This document shows, piece by piece, positions 25,514 to 37,900 of a DNA stretch of 64,000 nucleotides. The stretch is taken from IMG/VR virus record IMGVR_UViG_3300035670_000044, positions 32,001 to 96,000 of that record. The stretch is one strand, 5' to 3'. Source of the DNA: a virus. Within the stretch, counting starts at the first letter, position 1. Each line of letters starts with the position of its first letter. A program made the translations under genes and the position numbers. The notes under the pieces were generated by a model. That model worked only from the letters and a program-made list of their open reading frames with translations. It made no database searches and was not told where the DNA came from.

Positions 25514-27775
25514 ATGCCTTACATCCCGGATCTAGCAACAAGAGCCATTGTCCAAGTTCCGGAGGACAAGAACTCATATACCAATATTCTCAACATTGGG
25601 GCGAGTGGTAAGGGAGACATAAAGTTTTCAGGGAGTATAAGCGATGTCCAAGGGGATATTGTCACGATTAGTGGGGTAACAGACGGAGCAGGAGGGGGGT
25701 TATCCCAATACCAAGAGACGCTAACTCCTCTCACCGACCTGGTCGTGTTTGGGTACGATCTAGCAACTACTCCTGAACCCTCTGTACTTTCCGTCTCGTC
25801 ACAGACCTCAGTCTCGGTAAATTTCTCTTCCAGCATAGCTACCAACTCCAACCTCGCACCGCTGAAATATATCGTTTTTGGATTTGATCCGATCACCGGG
25901 AGACTCCCCAACTTCCGCTCGGTAATCGAGATTGGTACGAAGGTTCTTAATCCCGATCTTTGGAACACATCGCAATACGTTCAACTTAATTTTTCTCGTA
26001 CAAGTCAATACGCGTTGCCTGTAATTTTTAGGGTCTGGGGGAACAGAGTAGATTTCCTTGGTATTGTGGGAAACAATAAAGTTGGCTATCCGGGGTCTGG
26101 GAGTATCGTATTTAGAGATTTCGGTCTGACAGAACTACCTTCCTGGGACACCGACCCTGCCTTGCCCTGGTTTATGTCTGACGTGTTCTCCGTATCCGGT
26201 CTTGACGTAAACCTGGTACGTCGAATTACCGGTAAACTCAAAGTAACTATACAACCCAACTTGCTTGGAAGTCAACCCAATTACATCCAGTGCGACATGG
26301 GTTCGATTAACACATCGTTTGTGACTGGCGGCACAGCTCGATTCGTCATCGACGACACGCAACACATCCAGACCGCAGTCAATCTTGCTGCGACAACTAA
26401 TGTCAAAGAAGTATTTTTTCCCGCTGGTACATACAACATCTCCGATTCATATTTCTTAAACAGTAGTCAAAACAACTACTCCGGGATTACTTTGAGGGGG
26501 ACAGGTTCCGCATCCGTAGTCAAACGCCTCCCTTGCACGTTGGGAAATCCCCTGTACCCTGGATTAATCAACTTTACCGGACAGTCCGTATCCCCACGAA
26601 TATCAGGACTTACGTTTCGCACTCTCTCCTTTGACGGCAGCAAAACCGAGTCTTATTCACTTGTATCCCCCATAACGACAGAACTGGGGGTGAGAATACA
26701 ACACGCGGACAATGTCGTTATAGACGAGTGCGGTGTAGTAGAGTGTGGGGGTGGTGGCATAGGGCTATACAACACCAAAGGCATCACGTTTACGTCAAAT
26801 ACCATCCGGTCTACCGGTCGAGCCTACGAGCAATCCGTCTCCCCGCTAGTCATCGACACAAGCGAGAACGTTGTCGCCCAAGGAAACCTGATGGAGTTTG
26901 CAACCACCGGCCCCCGGGTAATCAGCACAGATTACAGCACCATTAACGGTAACATCATCCGGTCGTGTGGGGATTCCGGCCTTACCCTAGAGACTTCGTT
27001 CCAATGGAGTGCGCAGAACAATCTGGCGTATAGCGACAACGACTCAATAATTCGGTCAATCGACACTTACAACAATGAGTACAGTAAGGCGTCAATTGAG
27101 GTTCGGGCCGGTGTCGCACTCGATCCAGTGTTCATGACCGTCACGTACGGTGGTGAATCCGTTAGTATCGTCAAAAATTCCGTTGTTGCGGATATATTCC
27201 CACTTAACTCTGCTGGAGTCAAGACTACCCCCTCCGTCGGTGCGTTCCGGGTCCTCGAAACCTCCGCACAGCTCGAGGCGGGAATTTTCTCCGTCACACT
27301 TCCAGGAACCACATCGACAACGTTCGGAGGTAAAACCATCCCAGCAACAGGTTCGTTGACAAACGCCAACGGCTACATGTACGAGGTCAAAGCCACCGTC
27401 CGGATCGGTCAGGGGAGCAGGGGGTTTACGCCTCTTTCCATCCGCAGCACGACTGTTGGGTCTACTCCCTACCTCGCCATAGCCTTGCGGAATCCTAGCG
27501 ACCTCCTGGGTTTCCAGATCTACTCCGAGTCTAGCCCAGAAAACGACCGTATCCAAATCAGCGGGTTTTCGAACACCGGCTTAAGCTCTTGGGACCAAAA
27601 CTCTGCTTACACTGTTGTCGGTATCGACACCGACACCAATTCCCTCCTGATCAATCCTATCCCCGGACTCAGTGTATCAACTACCCCAGTTGATTTTACT
27701 GGCTCACCCCGCCTGTTCATCCTACGCTCTAATTACTTCGTCGCTGACGGAAACCTCATCGTTCACACCTTCTGA
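25514..27775 (+). CDS. Tailspike-like protein with a right-handed parallel beta-helix
   Basis: DDTQHIQTAVN...VFFPAGTYNI...ITLRGTG cap followed by N.I / GN.I beta-helix repeats. Confidence 0.75.
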   Translation: MPYIPDLATRAIVQVPEDKNSYTNILNIGASGKGDIKFSGSISDVQGDIVTISGVTDGAGGGLSQYQETLTPLTDLVVFGYDLATTPEPSVLSVSSQTSVSVNFSSSIATNSNLAPLKYIVFGFDPITGRLPNFRSVIEIGTKVLNPDLWNTSQYVQLNFSRTSQYALPVIFRVWGNRVDFLGIVGNNKVGYPGSGSIVFRDFGLTELPSWDTDPALPWFMSDVFSVSGLDVNLVRRITGKLKVTIQPNLLGSQPNYIQCDMGSINTSFVTGGTARFVIDDTQHIQTAVNLAATTNVKEVFFPAGTYNISDSYFLNSSQNNYSGITLRGTGSASVVKRLPCTLGNPLYPGLINFTGQSVSPRISGLTFRTLSFDGSKTESYSLVSPITTELGVRIQHADNVVIDECGVVECGGGGIGLYNTKGITFTSNTIRSTGRAYEQSVSPLVIDTSENVVAQGNLMEFATTGPRVISTDYSTINGNIIRSCGDSGLTLETSFQWSAQNNLAYSDNDSIIRSIDTYNNEYSKASIEVRAGVALDPVFMTVTYGGESVSIVKNSVVADIFPLNSAGVKTTPSVGAFRVLETSAQLEAGIFSVTLPGTTSTTFGGKTIPATGSLTNANGYMYEVKATVRIGQGSRGFTPLSIRSTTVGSTPYLAIALRNPSDLLGFQIYSESSPENDRIQISGFSNTGLSSWDQNSAYTVVGIDTDTNSLLINPIPGLSVSTTPVDFTGSPRLFILRSNYFVADGNLIVHTF

Positions 27776-27780
27776 TCACC

Positions 27781-30700
27781 ATGGCCAACAAACAAACTAT
27801 TATTGGAAAAACCGCTCCGGTACCCCTTGGCCAGCAAAAGGCGGTGAACTCGTTGCCGGTCGTATTTGCGGAAGACCAGCCGCCAATTCCGGTTGAGGAG
27901 CAAAATAAGGTTCAGTCGGAGGTAGCGTTATCTCTGCTGGGTATTCCCCGGGCCGAAGTCTCACTCGGTATCTTCGCCGACGTCAATACTTACGACATCA
28001 ACCCGTCTGAGTGGTCCCAGGTCCCTCTGGAGAACGATCCGGACACCGGCACTGGTGTTAATCACCTGGCGGCTGAAGCCGGAGCTGAGCTGGTCGCATC
28101 GGCCGGTCGGACGACCATCCTGACCTCGAAGCGGTTTTTCCGGTACCAGCCCGGCCGCGTATCGTCTTCTACGATGGGTGTCAAGATGAACAGGACACTA
28201 TCCACCTACGATCCGGCCACCCCCGCCCGGAACATTATGAAAGGTGCTCCGACTATCAAGAAGTGGGGAATTTTTGATAAGTTTGATGGATATTACTACG
28301 AGATTGCGAATGGAGGAGACCGTAACGACTTTCGGTGTGTACGCCGGACACAAGCACTTACACCTACTCAGCCGGCTGGCATCGAATCGACCGGGGACGC
28401 ATGGAACAAAGTCGCAGCGTTAAGCGGTACAAGCAATATCAAGGCGGGTAACTGGGGCGTAGTAGGGGTAGATCCGGTCATTTTCCGCAACGGCTTGTGC
28501 TACGTCGCAGCGGCGATTCACGACCCGAGCTTGTGCTATGCACCGGCCGACGTCCGGGCGGTTGAAGCCTCACCTAACACCCTGTCCGACTACACGTATA
28601 ATGAGGGATACGCCGTTCGCCTCGCTTATCGGGACGGGTCCGGGAGTTTTGTCGAGCATCTCTCCGGCCGCCAGTTCGCTTTTCCATTCGACCAGCGCGA
28701 ATCAAACACATATACGACTCAGGAGTATGAGACATGGAGAACCAATGGAGAGTTTCTAAAACCCGCATCAGAGTACATCCGCCTCGACGCACATTGCCGG
28801 TGGGAGGATTTGGTCACTAACCTTAGCCGTGGTGGCGGCACGGTCTTCAGCAGCCAGATCGGGTTATCTGGTGACGCGTTAGACGTGGCTGTCAATAGCG
28901 CCAGATTTGGGTACGATACGACACCCAGCGAAACCGCTAGCGGTGTTAAGGTTTGGAATCTTTTGGTGACAGTTCAGGGTAGTACGCAAATTTCTAACTC
29001 TCAGTACTCCGCCGCGTTCCCTGCCCCCCACCGGACTAGTTCCTACGATGTTGACAACGCTAATATCGGCCGAAAAAATGTCACGTTAAAGGAGTGGTTC
29101 AAGATTTGTGTTCCGCCACAATACCGGACAGTATACGAGTGGAGGCCGGTCCGAGCCATGTTCTCCGGTGATCAACTAAACGGACTTGCTGACAACACTG
29201 TCCGCTGGAGTGATGTTTCCACGGCTAATGTAGATCCGACGATCATCGGGGTGAAGCGTCCTGGCGACCCCGTCGAACTGAACGGCCAGACTCTAACCGA
29301 CTCCTCAGTATACAATATCGATTTTACCAAAGTCACCATGTGGAAGATTGAATTCTCATGGTACGGAGCGGTTGGTGCGTTATTCCTTTGCTATGTACCT
29401 GTGGGGAATGGTGAGGCCCGGTGGGTTCGAGTTCACCACATGAGGGCGTCTAACCAGCTCGATGTAGCTTCGCTGGGTAACGCGACCTTGCCGATTACCT
29501 ACCTCACTCACTCAGGACTTAGCAACGGACTACCAAACAACCATAGCACGTTGGTGAAGTACGGTGCGTCGTACTATATCGATGGTGGTGACAAGGGCAC
29601 GGTCAAGCTTCTGTCTAAGTCATCCGATTACGGGAAGGAAGTATCGTACAGTGGGATTAAGACCACCGTAGCTACCGCTCCTGTTTCGAACTACTTCAGC
29701 ATCTTGAGCAGTACTGTAGCTCAGGCTGATAAAGATCAGTTGATCGGTGCGTATTTGAAGTCCGACACGACTATGCGGGTAATCTGGGTTGAGAACGACA
29801 GCACTAATATGGTTAGGCTGTATTTTAACCAATCTACGACTAACCTGTCAAACGGTCAGTCTATCGAACTTATTGTCCCACGTCGTCAACGGGCCATGAT
29901 GGCACTGAGAGCGAAGGATGAGGTGACGAATACGACCGGAACCCCCATAAGAAACCGCATCCAGTTGTACCCAATTAAGTACGGGATTGGTGTGATGGAT
30001 TCTAGCAGTGACAGCAATATCTTGACCGTTAACTTTATCAAAAATCCCCTGCTTATTACGAATAATCTTAATAACTCTACTTTGTCTCAGAGTTACCCCA
30101 TCGCCTTGTTCTCCGTTTCCGGGTCCCCCCAATTCGGTCTAGAGGTCGGATCAGGGACGGTACCCCGGGAAATCATCTCCGGTACTAATATCCCCAGTGG
30201 TGATTTCGCTATTCTGACCGGCCTGCTAGCTTCAGATGGTTCGTATCTGCACTGCTACATGCGCGGCATCGCCACCGGATCTGTTCAGGTCGGTGGTTTC
30301 CCAGCCTCCCCGTCCGTGTCTGAGTTTCCGGTTCTCGTCAGGTTCTTCCGCAAAGGTACCAAATATTACGTGCAGAACTACTCAGCTCAGTCTGCTCCCG
30401 TATCGGTCTACGGCTCGCTACTTCCTGTCCGAATGTATACGTTTAACACCCAGGGGACGATAACTCCATTTACCGGTGACTTCACCCACTCCAAGTACGA
30501 GGACCAGAAAAAGTGGAACGAGTCGGGATTTGTTGGTAGCTTTGAGTCCATCGCACAGCTTTCTGGAGCTTCGGTATCTCAAGATTTTCGCCTTTCACCT
30601 GTCGCCGACACCGGTAACACGATCTTCTCCCTATACACTAACAGTGGCGGCTCTCAGTACGACCTGACCGACTACTTCTCCTACAACAAAGAGTACATCT

Positions 30701-30825
30701 CGTATCCGTTAACAAATGAGGTAGATATTCTGTGTGCTTACGCTATGTGGGAGTCGACATCGGCAAACTTACAGCCTTCCAGTACCGTCTCAATCGTCAA
30801 TTCTCTGACTTGGGAGGAGCAGTAA
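27781..30825 (+). CDS. Large virion structural protein (YQPG family)
   Basis: SKRFFRYQPGR, WGIFDKFDGYYYE, KVTMWKIEFSWYGAVGA, KYGASYYIDG. Confidence 0.75.
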   Translation: MANKQTIIGKTAPVPLGQQKAVNSLPVVFAEDQPPIPVEEQNKVQSEVALSLLGIPRAEVSLGIFADVNTYDINPSEWSQVPLENDPDTGTGVNHLAAEAGAELVASAGRTTILTSKRFFRYQPGRVSSSTMGVKMNRTLSTYDPATPARNIMKGAPTIKKWGIFDKFDGYYYEIANGGDRNDFRCVRRTQALTPTQPAGIESTGDAWNKVAALSGTSNIKAGNWGVVGVDPVIFRNGLCYVAAAIHDPSLCYAPADVRAVEASPNTLSDYTYNEGYAVRLAYRDGSGSFVEHLSGRQFAFPFDQRESNTYTTQEYETWRTNGEFLKPASEYIRLDAHCRWEDLVTNLSRGGGTVFSSQIGLSGDALDVAVNSARFGYDTTPSETASGVKVWNLLVTVQGSTQISNSQYSAAFPAPHRTSSYDVDNANIGRKNVTLKEWFKICVPPQYRTVYEWRPVRAMFSGDQLNGLADNTVRWSDVSTANVDPTIIGVKRPGDPVELNGQTLTDSSVYNIDFTKVTMWKIEFSWYGAVGALFLCYVPVGNGEARWVRVHHMRASNQLDVASLGNATLPITYLTHSGLSNGLPNNHSTLVKYGASYYIDGGDKGTVKLLSKSSDYGKEVSYSGIKTTVATAPVSNYFSILSSTVAQADKDQLIGAYLKSDTTMRVIWVENDSTNMVRLYFNQSTTNLSNGQSIELIVPRRQRAMMALRAKDEVTNTTGTPIRNRIQLYPIKYGIGVMDSSSDSNILTVNFIKNPLLITNNLNNSTLSQSYPIALFSVSGSPQFGLEVGSGTVPREIISGTNIPSGDFAILTGLLASDGSYLHCYMRGIATGSVQVGGFPASPSVSEFPVLVRFFRKGTKYYVQNYSAQSAPVSVYGSLLPVRMYTFNTQGTITPFTGDFTHSKYEDQKKWNESGFVGSFESIAQLSGASVSQDFRLSPVADTGNTIFSLYTNSGGSQYDLTDYFSYNKEYISYPLTNEVDILCAYAMWESTSANLQPSSTVSIVNSLTWEEQ

Positions 30826-30828
30826 ACC

Positions 30829-33800
30829 ATGGCTGGCAAACAATCGATCCGGGCGGATAAAACACCCCCCCGGCGCAGCCAAGGTGTTAAACAGATGGTG
30901 GATACTGGGGGATTTGCCCTCTCCACAGAGCTAGGTGCCCCGCTGGTAACAGAAAAGGACGAATATAGGAGGAGTGAGTATGGGAAAGATACGGCGCCTA
31001 GCGTTGTCCTGAACTCCGAATCATATCAATCTGATGCTCTAAGTACCGCCAACAACTTCAGCAAGGGTAGTCCGGCCGCTTTACCTATAGTTGAGAGGTT
31101 CGCCGAGCAAAGTGAGGTATCCCGATCGTTGCTCGGGATCAACCGCGAAACTTCCCAGCAAGGCCTGTTCGGTAACGTGTCAACCTACGGTCTAGACCCC
31201 AAAGACTGGAGAGTTGACACACCGGACACCCGTTTCAGTGGAGATATGTGGTGGTGGATTCGTCGTCCCAGTTCCACAGGGAGTTATTACGAGGCTAAGG
31301 TTACTGAAGACGATAAAAACGCAGCGATTGTACTATCGGCAAGCCCTACACCGTTCCTAGAGCCCCCACGGCCGGGTATCCAGGACCAACTGATTAATCC
31401 GGGGGGTGCAGAGCGGTATACTGGATGGGGGCAATATATTAACTCAGTAGTAGCATTGTATTTGTTCCGGTACATGGTAGAAAAAACAACACCGTCTCAA
31501 TGGGAACAATTCAATCTTGGGTATCTGCTGTCAACCTATCCTCCGATCCAAAACAACAACGGCACATATAGTTTTAACGAACTGTACTGGGATAAGATCT
31601 GGCTGGACATCAAACAAAACAGATTTGGCCCGATTAGTAACTATCCGGTCATCCCAAGCGGCCGAGCATACAATTTTAACACGGCCACCATACCAAACTG
31701 GAGAGATAATCCTGGCCTGTGGGGCAGTAGCAGCGTCATAATTTCCGAGGCTACTAGCCGTCTACCACAAGATCTCGATATCTCCTGGGACTCATTCTTC
31801 TTTAGCTCAACACGGGTGTATTACCCATCCGATCGCCCGGAGGACCGTGGTCACTACCGGATCCAGACCAATCCCCAGGCGGACTTGTGGGAAAAGTACT
31901 TCGGGTTAAGGTACGACCAGCTTCGTAGCGACCTAAGGAATTGGGAGTTCACCGTACACCCGAACGAATCTAGTGTCACCCAACTTGAAAAAGATCTGAA
32001 ACTTCCATACTTCCTTCTTGACACACCCCTAGTCGCCGACAGAGCCAATAACGTCTTCTCGGACCTGTGGCCGTCTGAGTCGTTTGGGGAACAGATTGAC
32101 CTGCCGACCAACACCAATAGGATTGGTGGCGTTCAAGGTATCCGTAGCGAGATCACACTGAAGTCAATTCGGTCGTTTCGGTATCAGCCAGGGAGGATCA
32201 GTGGATTCACGTATGGGGTTAAGCTCAGTGAGATCGGGGCCGGACCAGGCACGGTGCTCGAGTTTGGAATTGAAAACGACACAGACGCGTACATGTTTCG
32301 GCTGAGCAACGGTGCGAACTTCTCAATCGTTCGCCGGTCCACTGTCCCGTTAGAGGACACGCCATTCTTGCAGGGCTCTAAATACGCCGAAAATACCCGG
32401 ACCATCGTCCGTAACGGCCAAGTCCAGTACGAGACGGTGATTGATCAAAAGATCATGAATGGGGACTCGTTGGGGGGAGAGGGAGAGTCAGGGTATATTC
32501 TCGATCCAGATACCGTCACCATGTATAAGATTGAGTTTGGGTGGTACGGGGCTATCGGGGCGAGATTCTATGCGTACATCCCAACCGGTAACGGTGACTG
32601 TCGTTGGGTGACCATGCACACCCTGGTTATCGAAAACCAGCTCGGGCGCCCATGCCTCGCCGATCCTTTCTTCTACTTTAAGTATCGATTGCTGGTTTCC
32701 GACTCCTCAACGATTCGTGTCGACCAGTACGTGAATAAGTTCGGTGCGTCCTACTATATTGACGGGTATGACGAAGGAACTCTATACAGCCTAAACGCAC
32801 AATCTAAAGTTCGTTACCTCCCCAATCCCAAATTTTCCCAGTCCAAGACTCAACTCAACGCGATTGACTGGACGACATTGATGGGTGTTAAGCCTCGGCA
32901 GTTTCTGGTGAACCGTTTTGGTACCGAACTTTACAACAAAAAGGAGATTTTCCCAGAAAACGCCTTTGTTTACTCTCAGCAAGACTGTGAAATAAAGATT
33001 ATCCGTCAACGAGGGTGTCCGGAGTGGGCGTACACACACCAGGAAGGATACCGTTGGTCTTCATTACCCGAGTCCCGGCGCATCAAAGGTAAGTTCACTA
33101 TCGACCCTTACTTCACCCTGGACCGCCCCGCTCTCGGCATTTCAAATGATGACGGGTCCAGTCACAGTGCGGTAGCCGCGTACAGTACGGGTTCGGAGGG
33201 ATCGTTCAGAAACCCGGTTGATTCTACATCGTGGGACGTTAACGTAATCGGCACCCAAGTCGTTCGGATGATCGCCGATGACCTCTACGCTACTTACCCG
33301 TCACCTCTTTACGACTTCAGCGGTGGATCATTAGCTCTCAAACTTCAACGGGACTCAGGGAATCAAGTCTACCTCTCAAGCCGTCAATCTTTCCCCACAC
33401 CTACTAACGTCCACCTACCCAATCTTTACACCCCCGTCTCTCCCTACAATCAAGGATACGATATTGAGTTCGATTACTTCCGCCGTGACCAAATACTCTT
33501 GAGTACTGTTGATGTACTTAGCGATGAATTTTATATTTATTGGGTGGGCGGACCTGGCAGTAATCCGTCCCCCGGACACGCAACCTCACTACGTTTCGGA
33601 TTCGTTTGGCCGGAGACAACAGACACAGGTAGTGACCTGTACGCTACCTCCCCCGACCAGGATTGGGGTATAGAGCTCAACGCATCCTGGGATGGACAAA
33701 ATTTTTACGAAGGACTGCCTTACGATTTTGTCAGTGACCACCCATTGAACACGTTATACGTTGAAACAAATCCAACATTAAATGTCGACACTTACAATCT

Positions 33801-34866
33801 AGAAGTTGGAGAGTTTACCAACTACGAGGATATTTACGGGCTAGAGGATAACCGGATCTCCGTACCAGGGTTGGAGGGGGGAGTATGCCGTGGTCTGTTC
33901 TGCAAGGTGGGTCGAGAAGTCCGTAGCAACGTCACTATTATCTCCGAAATTGACTCGGTCACTAACACGGTAAATTATTACGTGGTCGATCCCAACTCCC
34001 CTTGGCCAAACCTCGGAAACGAGTCTTACATTGTGACTCTGACCCAGGAAATCAGCACGGCTAATGTGTTAACTACTGGGGGGGAAGTCAGGTCATTTGA
34101 AGACACAACACTGTACTTCCTTCCTCTTGGCTCTTCTCTTCCCGTCGGGATCTCGATAGGCACAGTAGACTCGTCGTACAATATCGTGTACATCGCCACC
34201 ATTGACAAACGGTCACAGGTTAGGCAAATTCTAGTCTCGAAAATAGCTCCGGGCAATGTGCCGTTTGTCCGAGTATTTGTCCAGGGTAGACAGGGAGCGG
34301 AATTAGGAGGTGTATGGGTCGGTCAGAAGACTTCTATAGGGGCAGATGTCCGTCCCCTAACCCCCCACCGCAGCACGGTCTCCATTACCGATTCTGGACC
34401 TGCTGACTACCACAGCCAATGGTCGTCTAGCCCGGAATCGGACGGGGCAGTGAAGACAATCACGACCTATACTCAATCCGACGGGCTCGGACTATCCACT
34501 GCACCCACCTTCGACCCAGAAGAGGCCACCATTGACTCGTTTAAGTCCGTCCACAGCAATCAAAGAAAATGTGGTAGTTTTCTATCATCCGGAGGAACTA
34601 ACTCGGCCGGTATTTTTACCGAATCTCAGTACCCCATCCGGTGGTTAACCAGTCCGGGTAACGGCACTCCGCTAGCCACTTACTACGTCACAGCAAACAC
34701 CCCCACCGAGATCGACCTGAACCCTGTATTCAATGTATCAGCGGAAAGCATTGTCAACGAAGACGATGGAAATTTCGCTACGTTCTTCATTGCTCGAGCG
34801 TTAAACAACCACGAGGAGAACGACCCCAACGAGATCTACATGTCACTCAACTATACAGAACAGTAA
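30829..34866 (+). CDS. Large virion structural protein (YQPG family)
   Basis: SFRYQPGRISG, TVTMYKIEFGWYGAIGA, KFGASYYIDG; ends LNYTEQ, like LTWEEQ in 27781. Confidence 0.75.
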   Translation: MAGKQSIRADKTPPRRSQGVKQMVDTGGFALSTELGAPLVTEKDEYRRSEYGKDTAPSVVLNSESYQSDALSTANNFSKGSPAALPIVERFAEQSEVSRSLLGINRETSQQGLFGNVSTYGLDPKDWRVDTPDTRFSGDMWWWIRRPSSTGSYYEAKVTEDDKNAAIVLSASPTPFLEPPRPGIQDQLINPGGAERYTGWGQYINSVVALYLFRYMVEKTTPSQWEQFNLGYLLSTYPPIQNNNGTYSFNELYWDKIWLDIKQNRFGPISNYPVIPSGRAYNFNTATIPNWRDNPGLWGSSSVIISEATSRLPQDLDISWDSFFFSSTRVYYPSDRPEDRGHYRIQTNPQADLWEKYFGLRYDQLRSDLRNWEFTVHPNESSVTQLEKDLKLPYFLLDTPLVADRANNVFSDLWPSESFGEQIDLPTNTNRIGGVQGIRSEITLKSIRSFRYQPGRISGFTYGVKLSEIGAGPGTVLEFGIENDTDAYMFRLSNGANFSIVRRSTVPLEDTPFLQGSKYAENTRTIVRNGQVQYETVIDQKIMNGDSLGGEGESGYILDPDTVTMYKIEFGWYGAIGARFYAYIPTGNGDCRWVTMHTLVIENQLGRPCLADPFFYFKYRLLVSDSSTIRVDQYVNKFGASYYIDGYDEGTLYSLNAQSKVRYLPNPKFSQSKTQLNAIDWTTLMGVKPRQFLVNRFGTELYNKKEIFPENAFVYSQQDCEIKIIRQRGCPEWAYTHQEGYRWSSLPESRRIKGKFTIDPYFTLDRPALGISNDDGSSHSAVAAYSTGSEGSFRNPVDSTSWDVNVIGTQVVRMIADDLYATYPSPLYDFSGGSLALKLQRDSGNQVYLSSRQSFPTPTNVHLPNLYTPVSPYNQGYDIEFDYFRRDQILLSTVDVLSDEFYIYWVGGPGSNPSPGHATSLRFGFVWPETTDTGSDLYATSPDQDWGIELNASWDGQNFYEGLPYDFVSDHPLNTLYVETNPTLNVDTYNLEVGEFTNYEDIYGLEDNRISVPGLEGGVCRGLFCKVGREVRSNVTIISEIDSVTNTVNYYVVDPNSPWPNLGNESYIVTLTQEISTANVLTTGGEVRSFEDTTLYFLPLGSSLPVGISIGTVDSSYNIVYIATIDKRSQVRQILVSKIAPGNVPFVRVFVQGRQGAELGGVWVGQKTSIGADVRPLTPHRSTVSITDSGPADYHSQWSSSPESDGAVKTITTYTQSDGLGLSTAPTFDPEEATIDSFKSVHSNQRKCGSFLSSGGTNSAGIFTESQYPIRWLTSPGNGTPLATYYVTANTPTEIDLNPVFNVSAESIVNEDDGNFATFFIARALNNHEENDPNEIYMSLNYTEQ

Positions 34867-34869
34867 CCC

Positions 34870-34878
34870 GTTGAAAGC
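34870..34878 (+). promoter_or_regulatory. GTTGAAAGC-N4-TAGT putative late promoter
   Basis: 32 nt before ATG 34902. Confidence 0.75.
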
Positions 34879-34901
34879 CAATTAGTAGAGTGATTTAGGG
34901 G

Positions 34902-37900
34902 ATGTCAGAGTCACAGTTCACGAGTTTTGGCAGATTCTCACGACCTGATATTGGACTGACATCCGACAGCACACGAAACCTGGCGGAAATCTTCGACTCA
35001 GATAAGCGGGAAGCCTTAAGAAATATACTAATTCGTCCGGAAATTCTCGACTCTTTGTACAAAGTGTCTGAGAATATTACCCGAGAAGATCTCAGATCTG
35101 CATCAGGGTTATCTCGCCTCCTCCTGCCATCTCTCAACCAGCTCGATGAGATAACCAACGATAGAGTACCTACTCGGTTATATGTCGACAAAGAGTTTTA
35201 TGCACCGGACACGGCCCTAGGGGGAATTGGATCTCCAGCCCTCAACACGCCCAACGTCATCCTTTTAAACGGTTCTGTACAATGTGAAGGAGTGCAATAT
35301 AGAGCGAACACAATAGGTGACAGACTGTTCACCAACCCTAACCGTGTAAACGTCTCCTTGTCTACGTCTAGAGCAAGCTTATTTAACTCCGAGACTGATC
35401 CGGAAAACACGGGGTACTTTCTTAGCGCGAGGTATCCGGGTTCGATACGTGTTCGGAGGAGGTCACATGTCAACAGAATATTAATCCCAAAGACCTCGTT
35501 TCTCACCAAACCACCCCTTCTTGAGAATCCTACTCACTCAATCCAGGTGAATGTGGACAATGGAAATACTGGGACAATTACTCCAGTAAGATTATTAGCA
35601 ACCAAGAACACCCCGTTACGGGTTTATTGCCGTATGTCTACGGGAAGAGTAACCTTCAAGTTTACAGACTCCGCCTCCCCGTATTTTTTCGGATACCAGA
35701 TCCAACCAGCACAACAACGTCCGAACTCGCCACCCGTAGAATTCCTACCCGTCGCCCCGGTATCTCAACAATCCGGATCTGCTACATTCGTCCTTAACAT
35801 TGACATTACGACGACCGGGTACCAGAATCTCTACGACCTGTATCTGTATCTGTACGTAAACCCTGAAAAAGTCTCGGGAATAGAGTTCTCCGGTATCGAT
35901 ATTCGTGAGTTCCCTGATCGTAAAGACCTGGGATTGATCGGGTTTAATAACCTCCGGGATTTTCGGGTGTCCGACGGCTCAATGACCATCCTCCCTTTGT
36001 GGTTAAAAACCCTCAGGACTAGCTTGAGATCTCTTGATCTGGCTTCTACAGGGGATACATGGCGTAACGGCCCCATGGGCTGGTTCGATATACGTGACTC
36101 TTCTGCAATCCCTTCCTTCACCCATCCACTGTATACCGCTGTCAGTTACCTAACCCTCCCAAAATCTGGTACTTTGATCAATGAGGTAGGAGATGATTGG
36201 AATGGTTCTTCTGGCTCTGGGGGGACTAGAGTGACAGGAATCTTTGAGAAATACATTAGGAATCAATCTAGAACCCCCGGTACTGACTACAGGCAGTTTA
36301 CCGAGTTGACATCACTGTCTCTCGGTGACAAATTTTTGGGGCGTAGCCCTCGCTTCGATGACGTATTTCCAAACCTTCTCAGGTTGTCATGGTCAAGACC
36401 TAACGGTAGCCGTACTTATCGTTTTTTGTTTGGTTCTTTACCTAAAATCAACAACAACGGTTCTGTTATAGATTACAATATAAGTGGGTCTGGAGCAGTA
36501 GGAGGTATCGTCGATATAGGAACATCAACTACTCCATCCAACAATGGCCATATTTCTAAATACAAGATGTCCACGTTTAACGTAGCGGGATACTTCTCGG
36601 TAAGAAATAACATCTCTGGGTATATTAATAACCCGGAGGAAGACTGGTCTAGTTGGAGAACAACAACAACGTCCATAGATTACACTTACACCGGATCAGG
36701 TCTCAGAATTAATCTTCAGTCGGGAACTTGGGAGAATCTTGTATCTCTATCCGCTTCATTCTCTGGGGGAACACTTCTTTCAGGGGATTCCTCCCCCCTC
36801 AATACCCCCAAGCTTCGATTGTTGTCACTATACGGATCTGGAACCACCGGCCCCGTGTTTAAGCTCGGATCGGTATCTAACACTAGCGCTCTCGAATCAA
36901 TCAATATCGGTGCATGTAATAGCATATCGCCTACCGTGTCGGTGGGCATCAATTACCTTCTTCCTTTCAATTTTGCTGAGTCTCGTAATCCCGGAAATGA
37001 ACACAGATTAACAACATTCTCCATCTCGTACTTTGCCCCACTATACAGATTCAGGAACCGAGACCTAGACAACCTGTACAATCTTACTTCCCTAAATACA
37101 TCATACAGCAATCTGACTGGCAAGTATCCGGTCTTCCCGTTAAAACGTCTATTTGACACGGATACAAAATCCGTATCGATTCAATCTGAAAATTCCAGTT
37201 TTTACGATCTCCGCAATTTAAGTATCAACCAGTCCAATTTTTACTTTTCTAGGGACGTAAGAAACCTGATCGTTTGGGGTCAAAATTCTGCCGGTGGTGG
37301 AGCTTTAATCCCGTCGTTTGAGGGAACTTCGACCAGTAGTATCCAAACAATCAATGTATCTAATTCCCAGCCATCGATCTACAGGTCCGACTGGTCTGCA
37401 CCAAATCAACGAAATAGCTGCGTGCGTGATGATGATCCGGCCACAGTGATATCCGGACTTTCCATCTCACGTTCCGTACAGCCCGACCCTGATGATAGCG
37501 TATATACACTGACCGGAGCTAGTAATTTTCGTCAACTGGTCCAGGTTGGGGATTCGGTTAGGTCATCAGTTAACGGATCAATCCTGGCCCGGGTTTTGTC
37601 GATATCAGACAGTAGTGTTATCATCGATTCCAATATCCCTGACCCTCTCCCCACCAGTCTATATTTTACCCGACAAACTAACAGTATCTCAAACTGGTTC
37701 GGGTCAGGTTTTAGCTCCCTACAGGTGTTCCGAGCCAGCAACTGCAAGTTGTCTGGTACACTCAACATCCGTAGCGGATTTGGCAGTATTCGTGACGATT
37801 CCCTCCCAGCCCTAGACCTCAGTAGTAACATGATCTCCGGTTACACTGTAGGAGGTCTTGGACGAATATTCTCCGGAAATAGCAGAAGGATAACTATAGA

